Assembly: GCA_965279035.1 (NCBI GenBank)
Contig: OZ257142.1
Location: forward strand, 2,560,001 to 2,624,000
Length of the DNA stretch: 64,000 nucleotides
From: Bacteroidia bacterium
Lineage (GTDB): Bacteria; Bacteroidota; Bacteroidia; M30B66
Reading direction: 5' to 3'
Both the position numbers and the translations under genes were made by a program. The notes under the pieces were generated by a model. The model searched no databases and was not told where the DNA came from. It worked only from the letters and a program-made list of their open reading frames with translations. This document shows, piece by piece, positions 49,904 to 59,678 of this stretch (the stretch's first letter is position 1; each line of letters begins with the position of its first letter).

Positions 49904-50995
49904 ATGGAAGGATTCCGTTTTTCTCGATACGAAGCTGATAAAGATCAAGATCCATTTGAACGACTTTTAAAATTGTTCAAAGAGGTGTTGCTCCACGCAT
50001 CAGGCGATGTAGATGAAGCACTTAATTGGATGAACGCTCTTGATCGTCAGTATAATCTCACAGATGATGATTACGGTATGGGAGATTTTATTGAGGATTT
50101 GAAGCGAAAAGGATACCTCAATGATGATCCTGAAAAAGGGCTTTCTGTCAGTCCCAAAACAGAGAGAGAGCTCCGAAGAGATTCACTTGAACAAATTTTC
50201 GGGAAACTAAAAAAAGGAACACGAGGAAATCATGCTACTCGTTTTAGTGGTCAAGGAGATGACACTGGATCAGATCGCAGAGCATTCGAATTTGGAGATT
50301 CGACAGAAAATATTTCATTAACCGATAGCATTCGGAATTCCCAAGTAAATCATGGAATTGGTGATTTCTATTTGGAAGAACGAGATTTGGAGGTAATAGA
50401 ACAAGAATATAAAACACAAACGTCAACGGTGTTAATGATCGATATTTCTCATTCGATGATTTTATATGGAGAAGATCGCATTACTCCTGCCAAAAGAGTA
50501 GCAATGGCTATGTCGGAGCTTGTGAAAATCAAATATCCTAAAGACACCTTGGATGTTATCGTATTTGGAAATGATGCTTGGCAAATTCAAGTAAAATACA
50601 TTCCCTATTTGCAAGTTGGACCATATCATACGAATACGGTAGCTGGTTTAGAGCTGGCGATGGATATTTTGAGAAGGAGAAAAAATCCTAACAAACAAAT
50701 TTTTATGATCACCGATGGGAAACCTACTTGCCTCAAAGAAGGAGATCATTATTACAAAAATTCAAATGGTTTAGATCGAAAAATTGTCAATAAAACTCTT
50801 GGTTTAGCTGCTCAATGCAGAAGATTGAAAATACCCATAACAACCTTTATGTTAGCAAGTGATTCTTGGCTTCAGGATTTTGTAAAAGAATTCACCGAAA
50901 CCAATGGAGGAAGAGCATTTTATACTGGCTTAAAAGGTTTGGGAGATCTAGTATTTTCCGATTATGAACGCAATCGCTCACGAAAAATTCGTTAA
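49904..50995 (+). CDS. vWA domain protein
   Basis: MIDAS motif DISHSM, plus T and ITDG.PT. Confidence 0.9.
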   Translation: MEGFRFSRYEADKDQDPFERLLKLFKEVLLHASGDVDEALNWMNALDRQYNLTDDDYGMGDFIEDLKRKGYLNDDPEKGLSVSPKTERELRRDSLEQIFGKLKKGTRGNHATRFSGQGDDTGSDRRAFEFGDSTENISLTDSIRNSQVNHGIGDFYLEERDLEVIEQEYKTQTSTVLMIDISHSMILYGEDRITPAKRVAMAMSELVKIKYPKDTLDVIVFGNDAWQIQVKYIPYLQVGPYHTNTVAGLELAMDILRRRKNPNKQIFMITDGKPTCLKEGDHYYKNSNGLDRKIVNKTLGLAAQCRRLKIPITTFMLASDSWLQDFVKEFTETNGGRAFYTGLKGLGDLVFSDYERNRSRKIR

Positions 50996-51001
50996 ATAAA
51001 A

Positions 51002-52498
51002 ATGAAAAAAACGCCCCACATAATCACATTTGGTGAACTCAAAAAATCAGGTTATGTAAGTCAACCGATTAAAGATGAATTACGCAATAATCTCATTGAA
51101 CGAATCAAGTCAAATCAAAACGTTTTTGAGGGAATTCTTGGGTATGAAAATACTGTTATTCCTGAAATTCAACGAGCTATTTTATCGCGTCATAACATCA
51201 ATTTCCTTGGATTGCGTGGTCAAGCTAAAACACGTATTGCGCGACAAATGACCGAATTATTGGATGAATTCATTCCCGTTATTTCTGGTTCTGAAACCAA
51301 TGATGATCCATTCAATCCAGTTTCATTTCATGGTAGAGAAACCTTGGCAATTCATGGAGATGATACACCTATACATTGGATGCATCGATCAGAACGTTTT
51401 GTCGAAAAGCTGGCTACTCCGGATGTTACAGTAGCTGATTTAATTGGTGATATTGATCCTATTAAAGCCGCGAATCTCAAAATATCCTATGCTGATGAAC
51501 GAGCCATACATTATGGTTTAATTCCACGTTCGAATCGATGCATTTTCGTTATTAATGAAATTCCCGATTTGCAGGCACGCATTCAAGTTGCCTTGTTTAA
51601 TATTTTGCAAGAAGGAGATATTCAAATTCGTGGGTTCAGAATGCGTTTGCCTTTAGATCTTCAATTTATATTTACGGCCAATCCCGAAGATTATACGAAT
51701 AGAGGAAGCATTGTTACTCCCTTGAAAGACCGAATTCAAAGTCAAATTGTAACTCATTATCCGAAAAATATTGAGATAGCCAAAAGCATTACACATCAAG
51801 AAGCTCGACTCCCCAAACAGCAAACCGATTTGGTGAAAGTTCCTGAACTCATTCGCGATATTATAGAACAAATCAGCTTCGAAGCGCGGAATTCGGAATA
51901 TGTAGATGCGAAAAGTGGTGTATCTGCACGTTTAAGTATTTCGGCTTATGAAAATATGGTAAGCACTGCTGAACGTCGTGCCCTTATCAATAAAGAAACA
52001 AATACTACGGCCCGAATCAGTGATATTTGGGGAGCCATTTCTGCCATTAATGGAAAAATTGAATTGGTTTACGAAGGTGAGCAAGAAGGTCCAGTGAATG
52101 TTGCTCAGTTCCTTATTGCCAAAGCAATTCGTACTTTATTCGTGAATTATTTTCCTGATCCAGAACGATTTAAACGGAAGAAAGAAAGCAATCCCTACGA
52201 ACAGATTATTACCTGGTTTAATAATAACAATGAAGTTGATTTATTGCTCGATGAAAAATCACAGGATTATACCCGAAAATTAAAATCGGTTGATGGATTA
52301 AAAACGCTTGTAGATCTTTATTATAAAAGTTTACTTGAACCAGATCGCTTGCTTTTAATGGAATTTGTGCTTTATGGTTTAGCATCCTATTCTCAACTAA
52401 ATCGACTTGCTTTAGATAGTGGAATGTTATTCAAAGATCTTTTTAGTTCGGTCTTTTTCGCAGATGATTTGGATGAAGATGATATGAGGATGAATTAA
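51002..52498 (+). CDS. AAA+ ATPase (Mg-chelatase subunit I-like)
   Basis: Variant Walker A GLRGQAKT, INE.PDL..RIQV.L.N, TANPEDYTNRG. Confidence 0.9.
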   Translation: MKKTPHIITFGELKKSGYVSQPIKDELRNNLIERIKSNQNVFEGILGYENTVIPEIQRAILSRHNINFLGLRGQAKTRIARQMTELLDEFIPVISGSETNDDPFNPVSFHGRETLAIHGDDTPIHWMHRSERFVEKLATPDVTVADLIGDIDPIKAANLKISYADERAIHYGLIPRSNRCIFVINEIPDLQARIQVALFNILQEGDIQIRGFRMRLPLDLQFIFTANPEDYTNRGSIVTPLKDRIQSQIVTHYPKNIEIAKSITHQEARLPKQQTDLVKVPELIRDIIEQISFEARNSEYVDAKSGVSARLSISAYENMVSTAERRALINKETNTTARISDIWGAISAINGKIELVYEGEQEGPVNVAQFLIAKAIRTLFVNYFPDPERFKRKKESNPYEQIITWFNNNNEVDLLLDEKSQDYTRKLKSVDGLKTLVDLYYKSLLEPDRLLLMEFVLYGLASYSQLNRLALDSGMLFKDLFSSVFFADDLDEDDMRMN

Positions 52499-52506
52499 TT
52501 ATAAAC

Positions 52507-52539
52507 ATAAAAAAAGCCGGAAAAACCGGCTTTTTTTAT
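52507..52539. terminator. Bidirectional intrinsic terminator
   Basis: ATAAAAAAAGCCGG-aaaaa-CCGGCTTTTTTTAT between convergent genes. Confidence 0.92.
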
Positions 52540-53460
52540 TTATTCAGTTGGCCCTTTTGATTTCTTTTTTCGAGGATCTCGAATGGTAAAATTTCGTGAA
52601 AGATTAAATCCGCCAATGATATCACCCGCTTTCCAGGAACCTTTCGTTTCGTGAATGAATGCTTTTTCAATCATATACGGACTATTCGTAAAACATAATT
52701 GGAATACGTGTCCACCAGTTTCTATATCGAAGCCAATGGATAAAACATCGTGAGTTCCTTCCGGTTTGAATTTAGGAAGTTGATAGAAATATTCGAAATT
52801 GACACTTGTTCTGCGTGTTAGTTTCATTCTACCGCCCATCCCAATAGAAAACAAATCGTGAGGAGTAGAAATAGAATCTACCAAATTCCGATGTACTAAG
52901 GTTGGCATTACTTGAAAAGAAAAGCTTTCATTGAATTTTCGTCCAATAATTAATTGATTGACGAAAAACATATTAGATGTGTAAAAATTTGTACGATTAG
53001 GATCAGAATAAGGAACTGTTTTCGTTTGCATTGCTGCCATATAACTTACTGTTACCGGCATATTCCGAGAGCCTTTACTTTGACGTAAGATTTTTGCTTT
53101 CAAAAAACTATCGTATGTTTTTTCGTAGGTACTTCTTCCACCACCAATCATTAACCAACGATTAATACCATATTCCAAACTCACACGCATAGTGGCAACG
53201 TCTAATCCATAAAATTGATTAATTCCTGTATTAAGTGCACCAAAGCGATGAGAAATCCTCATATCCAACACACCTCCAGCAACATTTTCAACAGTATGTC
53301 CATTGATAAGACGTGTTGTTTTAAATGTGGCAGTTGCATAATCGGGCTCAGCGTCTTTCGACATTTCTTCTTCCATCATTTTGGAAAGGTCGTCGGGTTG
53401 AGCAAAAGAAGGAACGATGCCTATAAAAGCAATACAGGTTGTGATAAAAAATCGTTTCAT
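52540..53460 (-). CDS. DUF5777-family outer-membrane beta-barrel protein
   Basis: Signal peptide; TFK..R.IN...VE, ISHRFG, FYGLD, DIETGGHVFQL.FTN, GFN.SR.F. Confidence 0.85.
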   Translation of the reverse strand: MKRFFITTCIAFIGIVPSFAQPDDLSKMMEEEMSKDAEPDYATATFKTTRLINGHTVENVAGGVLDMRISHRFGALNTGINQFYGLDVATMRVSLEYGINRWLMIGGGRSTYEKTYDSFLKAKILRQSKGSRNMPVTVSYMAAMQTKTVPYSDPNRTNFYTSNMFFVNQLIIGRKFNESFSFQVMPTLVHRNLVDSISTPHDLFSIGMGGRMKLTRRTSVNFEYFYQLPKFKPEGTHDVLSIGFDIETGGHVFQLCFTNSPYMIEKAFIHETKGSWKAGDIIGGFNLSRNFTIRDPRKKKSKGPTE

Positions 53461-53470
53461 TGGAAGGAAT

Positions 53471-53504
53471 AAAAAACGGGAACCTGAGTGATTCGGTTCC
53501 CGTT
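53471..53504 (-). terminator. Intra-operon terminator-like hairpin
   Basis: AACGGGAACC-N10-GGTTCCCGTT followed by a T-run on the minus strand, about 10 nt before the DUF5777 start. Confidence 0.75.
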
Positions 53505-53508
53505 CAAA

Positions 53509-54072
53509 TTATTTTTTAGGCTCGTAACTAGCGTCAACTGTGATGGTCGCTTTTTCAGCAATTTTATCTGCAACAACCGAAGGGCGATCAACTTTAAAAT
53601 CAGCTAGTTTAACAGAGAATTTCGATTTAGCATGAATTTTTCCACCTTTAATACTAATTGTACCATCAGCTGTTACAACTTGAGTAACACCATGCATGGT
53701 TAAATTACCAGAAACTTTAATGGCATAATCACCATCTTTTGCAAAATTAACATCAGCTAGATTGGTGATTTTCCCTTTGAATTCTGCTTTAGGAAATTTA
53801 CCGCTTTCCAAATAATTTTCGTTGAAATGCTCTTCCATAAGCGCTTTTTCGAAACGAAAACTTTTCACTAACACGGCAAAAACAACGTCACCTGTTGCTT
53901 TATTTAAGAAAGAGGTTGCTTCGTTATTGATAGCATCAATTTTCTCTACCGGATTAACTGGTGTACAATCAAATTCAACCTTAGCAGTTTTAGTAAAGAA
54001 AACATCTTGGGCTGATGCACTGAACACTCCTGAAACAATCAAAGAGGACAGTAAAAATGATTTTATTTTCAT
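53509..54072 (-). CDS. YceI-family protein
   Basis: Signal peptide; F.FEKALMEEHFNENYLES.KFPKA.FKG, G.LT.HGVT. Confidence 0.92.
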   Translation of the reverse strand: MKIKSFLLSSLIVSGVFSASAQDVFFTKTAKVEFDCTPVNPVEKIDAINNEATSFLNKATGDVVFAVLVKSFRFEKALMEEHFNENYLESGKFPKAEFKGKITNLADVNFAKDGDYAIKVSGNLTMHGVTQVVTADGTISIKGGKIHAKSKFSVKLADFKVDRPSVVADKIAEKATITVDASYEPKK

Positions 54073-54116
54073 GGTTTGGATTTTCGATTGATTTTCAATT
54101 ATCGTGCTCAAAAAAT

Positions 54117-54515
54117 CTAGTTATTAGGATATCCTTTATTAATCCATGATTTGATCATATTGATATTACAATCAATCATTTTGGTAGTTCCTTTCGGCAT
54201 GTTACTCGCGTTGCCATCTTGAACTATGGATGAAATGAAACGAGCTTTATCGTAATCCAAGTATGCTTTAACACCATCATAAGAATCAAGTGGAATTCCG
54301 CTTGGATTACTTGCACCACCATGACATGCAGAGCTATTACATTTCGCATCCAAAATTGTTTTCACTTCTACAGAATACCGAGACGTTGTAGTGTCGCAGG
54401 TTCCAGATCCTTTATCGGGATATAATTCTTCTTCGGTATCATAATAACAACCTGTTAAACTGAAACCAACAAGCATTAAAACAATCCCAGTAACAATAAA
54501 CGATTTCAATTTCAT
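54117..54515 (-). CDS. Lipoprotein monoheme c-type cytochrome (CX4CH)
   Basis: Lipobox LTGC; CNSSACH; NMPK; I..WI..G..NN. Confidence 0.8.
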   Translation of the reverse strand: MKLKSFIVTGIVLMLVGFSLTGCYYDTEEELYPDKGSGTCDTTTSRYSVEVKTILDAKCNSSACHGGASNPSGIPLDSYDGVKAYLDYDKARFISSIVQDGNASNMPKGTTKMIDCNINMIKSWINKGYPNN

Positions 54516-54533
54516 TTTGGGTTTGAGATTCAA

Positions 54534-55277
54534 TTAATTATTAAGTGCACCCGCTTGAATCCACTTACGGATTTTAGTAATGTTACAATCATCCATTTTT
54601 GCAGCACTCTTAGGCATTGCAGAAAAGCCAGAAGCATGTTGAACAGATCCAAGTAAACTACCATTGTTCACGCTTGTTTGCAAACCAGCATGAGTAGATG
54701 TATTAATACCACCAGAAGGGAATGAACCACTATGACAACCATTACAATATGTTCCCATCATGGGTGCAATATCGGCAGAATAAGTGAATGCTGTTGTATC
54801 ACAAGTGGATGCACAATTGGTCGTATTGAGTGCTCCTTGATTAATCCATTGTTGAATGAGAGCAATTTGATCATTCGACAAATTATTATAAGGATTTGGT
54901 GGCATACTACCATTCATTATAGAATGCATAACAGAACCACTAGTTGGATTAAATGCCGAAATATGGGAAATGATATGTGAATAATCATACAAACGAAGAC
55001 CTTCTTCATGTGTGATAGCATCATGACAATCGGGCATAGCGCAATTGCTTATGAACAAAGGCAAAATTTGGCTTTCGAAACAAATCATGGTATCAACTGG
55101 AGGCGGAGGTGGGATAATAGTAGTATCATTTCCGCTTGTATCAATTGGAGTTGTAGTAGTATCAATTGGATTACCATTGCCATCGGGATAATCAAGTTCA
55201 TGTTTACATGATGAAATGAAAGCGAGCGAGGCTGACATCAGGACAATCAGAGGGAATTTCAAATGTAGGAATTTCAT
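54534..55277 (-). CDS. Lipoprotein diheme c-type cytochrome (PSCyt1-like domains)
   Basis: Lipobox ISSC; Pro/Thr-rich linker; CAMPDCH and CNGCH; two MP..I..WI..GALN repeats. Confidence 0.85.
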   Translation of the reverse strand: MKFLHLKFPLIVLMSASLAFISSCKHELDYPDGNGNPIDTTTTPIDTSGNDTTIIPPPPPVDTMICFESQILPLFISNCAMPDCHDAITHEEGLRLYDYSHIISHISAFNPTSGSVMHSIMNGSMPPNPYNNLSNDQIALIQQWINQGALNTTNCASTCDTTAFTYSADIAPMMGTYCNGCHSGSFPSGGINTSTHAGLQTSVNNGSLLGSVQHASGFSAMPKSAAKMDDCNITKIRKWIQAGALNN

Positions 55278-55649
55278 GGTTGAGAGGACGTTTGGTTGAA
55301 TGTGCAAGTTGGGGATTTAGGAATTCAAAAAAACTTAAAAAAGAACAGATTTATAACATGGTTTGTTTAATAGTTAATTTCCAAGAATATGTTAACATTA
55401 TTGAATTTAAAACGAATTCAATAGAAGTAATTTTTCAAACAACTGATTTTCTGCATTTTAAAAACTCAATTTTTCGATTTTATTCTTGGACATATTAATG
55501 ACGAATACAATCCAACTATCGTTGCATGGATTATTATAATAAATTTCAAAATATCACGAATCCATTACATTGTATCAATAAATGATCTCGATTTTATTTC
55601 GAAATCGGAGGAAAAGGAATACTACATTTGTCAGGTAAAACTTAAGAGA

Positions 55650-56072
55650 ATGAAAAAATCGATTAAAATAATTTTGGCTGTATTGCTTATTGGTGGTGGA
55701 ATTGGTGGCTTTGTAGCCTATCGAATGTGGAATAAACCACATGCCGATGCTTCAGAGATGGAAGGAGTAAAAGTAACAGCAGATGTTTTATACAAAGCAT
55801 TTGAATCGAACGAACAACAAGCTAACTCGACCTATGTGGGTAAAGTGGTAGAAGTAACTGGAACCGTTGGAGACATTGAAAAATCGGATACCATTTCTCG
55901 TGTGATGCTCACTTTCCCAGATGCAATGATGGGAGCTGTTCGAGTAACATTGGATACGCGACACCTCAAAGATGCTGATGCAGTAAAATCAGGAGAACAA
56001 GCAACGTTTAAAGGATTTTGTAATGGATATCTAATGGATGTTGAAGTGAAAGATGGTGTTCTTGTAAAATAA
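55650..56072 (+). CDS. Membrane-anchored OB-fold protein (tRNA_anti-like)
   Basis: N-terminal TM; A..L...F..NE..AN..Y.GKVVEVTG.V; KG.C.G; TACATTTG promoter at 55623-55630. Confidence 0.85.
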   Translation: MKKSIKIILAVLLIGGGIGGFVAYRMWNKPHADASEMEGVKVTADVLYKAFESNEQQANSTYVGKVVEVTGTVGDIEKSDTISRVMLTFPDAMMGAVRVTLDTRHLKDADAVKSGEQATFKGFCNGYLMDVEVKDGVLVK

Positions 56073-56095
56073 ATATCGCATATAACATGTAAATG

Positions 56096-56128
56096 AACCG
56101 GAATTTTAAATTAGAATTCCGGTTTTTT
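56096..56128 (+). terminator. Intrinsic terminator
   Basis: AACCGGAATT...AATTCCGGTT followed by a T-run. Confidence 0.85.
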
Positions 56129-56130
56129 AT

Positions 56131-57297
56131 TTAAAACCAAATACCAATTCCGGTTAATAGTTCATAGCGATAATTTGATGGTTTATTGTTAAGAAAGAAA
56201 ATATGTTCATCCTTCCGAGCATCCAACCAACGACCTTCGATACGTAAATAAGAATTTGGGATTGGCTTAATTTCAAACCCAGTTGTTATTCCACCTATTT
56301 TCAACCCAATCAATTGATGATACTCATTTTGAACTGGTCCTGTGAGAATCTCATTGGGATCGGAAAAGTATTCCCCTCGGATGTAAGTTGAAATGATTGG
56401 AGTAATACGGTATTTAGCTGCTAATAATGAACTAAACATTTGTGCTTGCTGATTTTTTCCTTGTAAAGATGTATGATTCTGTATGCCATAATTAATTTCC
56501 AAACCGAGCGTGAATCTTCTCTTTTTAAATGAAATAGATAAGTCATTATAAAAACGTTGTTGGTTACCGGCTTTCGATCCAGGAGTTTCTTCGCTTAATA
56601 AATTTCCATAGATTATTTGAAAACCTTTAAAGGGTTGATAAGAAATCGAAAGTCCAATTGCTTTATTTTTATTATTATCTACAAAACCATTGAAACTATT
56701 GAAGACATTGGCTTGGATTGTAATTTTTGGATTAAATTCCCAAGTTAGTTTTGCTCCACTTAAATAATAAGGTTCATAATAGGTTGTTGATGCAATGCTC
56801 AAGGTCATATTTTCGCGAGGCTGAATTGATTCTAAGCCCAAATGCGTTCGAAAAAAACCAGCATCGATCCATAATTTTTTCCTTAAACGAAAGCCAACAT
56901 TTGCTTCTTGAATGGAGGAATAAATTGGTGACCATGCACTTTTTTCAACATCACCAATAAAAACGGTTGCAATACTTCGAAAATGTGCACTATAATACTT
57001 TACAGTAGCCTGTGCGATATTGATTCCGAAAGAATTACTACGGGGAGAAACGGTTGGTATTTTTTGAAAAGCTCCCATGGATGCAGTATCGCTATATGTA
57101 GCATAATAGGCATCTACATACCCTAAAAATTCAATTTTACCACTTGTATCAACTTCAGCATCATATGGATTTATTCGAGTGCCAGAAAAAGTTAAATCAC
57201 TTTCAAGCTTAACTAATGAATCGTTTAACACTTGTGAAAATGATGAAATTGAAAAGAATATTAGCAGTAAGGCTGCTGTAACAACCATTCTGTTCAT
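56131..57297 (-). CDS. Outer-membrane porin (BBP2/DUF1597-like)
   Basis: Signal peptide; GYVDAYY, IQEANVG, DAG.F.TH.G.ES, PYY.SG.K, NNKNKA.G; C-terminal F. Confidence 0.85.
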   Translation of the reverse strand: MNRMVVTAALLLIFFSISSFSQVLNDSLVKLESDLTFSGTRINPYDAEVDTSGKIEFLGYVDAYYATYSDTASMGAFQKIPTVSPRSNSFGINIAQATVKYYSAHFRSIATVFIGDVEKSAWSPIYSSIQEANVGFRLRKKLWIDAGFFRTHLGLESIQPRENMTLSIASTTYYEPYYLSGAKLTWEFNPKITIQANVFNSFNGFVDNNKNKAIGLSISYQPFKGFQIIYGNLLSEETPGSKAGNQQRFYNDLSISFKKRRFTLGLEINYGIQNHTSLQGKNQQAQMFSSLLAAKYRITPIISTYIRGEYFSDPNEILTGPVQNEYHQLIGLKIGGITTGFEIKPIPNSYLRIEGRWLDARKDEHIFFLNNKPSNYRYELLTGIGIWF

Positions 57298-57363
57298 TGA
57301 GTTTGTTTTAGGATTTGCAATATAGAAATTGCACCTGTTTCAAAAAATTAATAGCGATATTCT

Positions 57364-57403
57364 AAAAAAAACAAACCCTGCTTCGTTTGTACAAAGCAGG
57401 GTT
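57364..57403 (-). terminator. Intrinsic terminator
   Basis: AACCCTGCTT...AAGCAGGGTT stem followed by TGTTTTTTTT on the minus strand. Confidence 0.85.
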
Positions 57404-57561
57404 CTCACAAACCATTTTTCCCGGTATGGGCCGGCAACCAATGGATTTTCTCTGAGTGAGACAGAGCTTAGGTTGCAAAATCACAAATGACATCTTCACA
57501 TGTCCCAATGTCTTTGGCTTCAATGTTCAACTTCACAAGAATCCCTATGTTAAAATTAGCC
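57364..57561 (-). ncRNA. Candidate ~200-nt sRNA (or small-ORF transcript)
   Basis: Perfect -7 element TAGTTTTG at 57573-57566; several hairpins; four TGTGA copies; own terminator. Confidence 0.5.
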
Positions 57562-57664
57562 ATTGCAAAACTATTCATTTTTCAACCATTTTAGAGAATA
57601 GTTGAAAAATCAATCAGTTATTTACTAAATATGAGTGTTAGCACCCATGAAGGAGATTCTAGGA

Positions 57665-59563
57665 TTATAATTTTCCTTGTACAATTTCATCTACTATCAA
57701 GGGATCGAGCAATGTGCTTACATCACCTAAATTGCTCAACTCATTCTCCGCTACCTTTCTTAAAATCCTCCGCATGATTTTACCTGAACGAGTCTTGGGT
57801 AAACCACTTACAAATTGAATTTTATCGGGTTTTGCTATGCGGCCAATCTGAGTGCTTACCGTATCATAAATATCCTCTCTCAATTGATTGGGATTTTCGG
57901 GGAGCTTATCGCATATCACAAATGCATAAATTCCCTGTCCCTTGATATCATGAGGATATCCAACAACGGCACTTTCGATTACATGTTTGTTTTGATTGAT
58001 GGCATTTTCAATTTCGGCAGTACCAAAACGATGACCTGATACATTGATTACATCATCCACACGCCCAATAATCCGATACATTCCATCTTCATCGCGACGA
58101 GCACCATCACCAGTAAAATAGTAGTTTTTATAGGTAGAAAAGTAAGTAACTCGACATCGTTCATGATCTCCAAACGTAGTTCGAATCATCCCCGGCCAGG
58201 GAAACTTAATTGCTAAATAGCCTTCTTCACCGTTCGCTTCAATTTCTTTTCCTTCTCCATTTAACAATACAGGTTGAATTCCTGGTAATGGCAATCCAGC
58301 AAAACTAGGTTTAGAAGGAGTTACACCTGCAAGAGATGTAATCATCATTCCGCCAGTTTCGGTTTGCCACCAAGTGTCGACAATCGGGCAATGCTCTTTA
58401 CCAATATGAACATTATACCAATGCCATGCTTCTTCATTAATTGGCTCACCTACGGAACCAAGTACTCGTAATGAATTGAGACTGTATGCAAGAACATGAT
58501 CAATTCCTGCAGCCATCAAGGATCTAATAGCTGTTGGTGCAGTATAGAATACACTCACACTGTGTTTATCGATGATACTCCAAAAACGACCTGCATCCGG
58601 ATACGTAGGAATTCCTTCAAACATAAGCGTTGTAGTAGCCGACATCAACGGTCCGTACAACAAATAGGAATGCCCTGTTACCCAACCAATATCGGCTGTG
58701 CACCAATACACATCGTTACTTTCAATTTGAAACACATTGCGAAAGGTATAGTCGATATAGGTCATGTAACCACCGCAGGTATGTACAACACCTTTGGGTT
58801 TTCCGGTTGATCCTGAAGTGTATAAAATAAATAGCATATCCTCCGAATCCATGGGTTCGGCTGGACAATCGCTATCGACTAATTCCATTTCTTCATGCCA
58901 CCAAACATCGCGACCAGCTTGCATTTCAGGATCCCAATTCAAGTGATTATGAACGATTACACGATTCACTGAAGTGCAAAGTTCCAAGGCTTCATCTACC
59001 ACACGTTTCAACGACATTTGTTTTGCTCCTCGATTCAATCCATCAGTTGTTATTACTACCGAACAAGCGGAGTCGTTGATTCTATCAGCAATTGACTGTG
59101 CAGAAAATCCAGCAAATACTACTGAGTGTACAGCACCAATGCGAGCACATGCTAAGGTTGCAATGGCTAATTCGGGAATCATAGGCATGTAGATACAAAC
59201 GCGATCGCCTTTTCGAACTCCATTGCGTTTGAGCACATTAGCAAACTTGCATACTTGAACAAACAGCTCTCTGTACTTTATTTTCTTAGCTCTTTCCTTT
59301 GGATCATTGGGTTCCCAAATCATGGCTATTTTATTCCCATCAGTATCCAAATGCCGATCGAGACAATTTTCTGTAATGTTGAGCTTTCCACCTGAAAACC
59401 AATTAATTGATGGATCTGTAAAATTCCAATCTAAGACTTTGTCCCACTTTTTTTGCCAGCTTAATCGGCCTGCAACATCAGCCCAAAAGCCTTCTGGATT
59501 ACTGACACTTTCGTTATAAGCGCGATGATATTCTTCTTCAGTTCGAATGCGATGGAAACTCAT
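57665..59563 (-). CDS. acs: Acetate-CoA ligase
   Basis: YTSGSTGKPKG, WCTADIGWVTGHSY, DTWWQTETGG, PKTRSGKIMRR. Confidence 0.97.
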   Translation of the reverse strand: MSFHRIRTEEEYHRAYNESVSNPEGFWADVAGRLSWQKKWDKVLDWNFTDPSINWFSGGKLNITENCLDRHLDTDGNKIAMIWEPNDPKERAKKIKYRELFVQVCKFANVLKRNGVRKGDRVCIYMPMIPELAIATLACARIGAVHSVVFAGFSAQSIADRINDSACSVVITTDGLNRGAKQMSLKRVVDEALELCTSVNRVIVHNHLNWDPEMQAGRDVWWHEEMELVDSDCPAEPMDSEDMLFILYTSGSTGKPKGVVHTCGGYMTYIDYTFRNVFQIESNDVYWCTADIGWVTGHSYLLYGPLMSATTTLMFEGIPTYPDAGRFWSIIDKHSVSVFYTAPTAIRSLMAAGIDHVLAYSLNSLRVLGSVGEPINEEAWHWYNVHIGKEHCPIVDTWWQTETGGMMITSLAGVTPSKPSFAGLPLPGIQPVLLNGEGKEIEANGEEGYLAIKFPWPGMIRTTFGDHERCRVTYFSTYKNYYFTGDGARRDEDGMYRIIGRVDDVINVSGHRFGTAEIENAINQNKHVIESAVVGYPHDIKGQGIYAFVICDKLPENPNQLREDIYDTVSTQIGRIAKPDKIQFVSGLPKTRSGKIMRRILRKVAENELSNLGDVSTLLDPLIVDEIVQGKL

Positions 59564-59678
59564 AAAATAAGGTAGTTTGGTTGATATAGGAGAAAGCAAT
59601 TAGGCGATAACTCATTTATCATTCATTGACGATTGTATCAATTCAATTGGTGAAACTATCGTTTTTTGAACACCGAAA

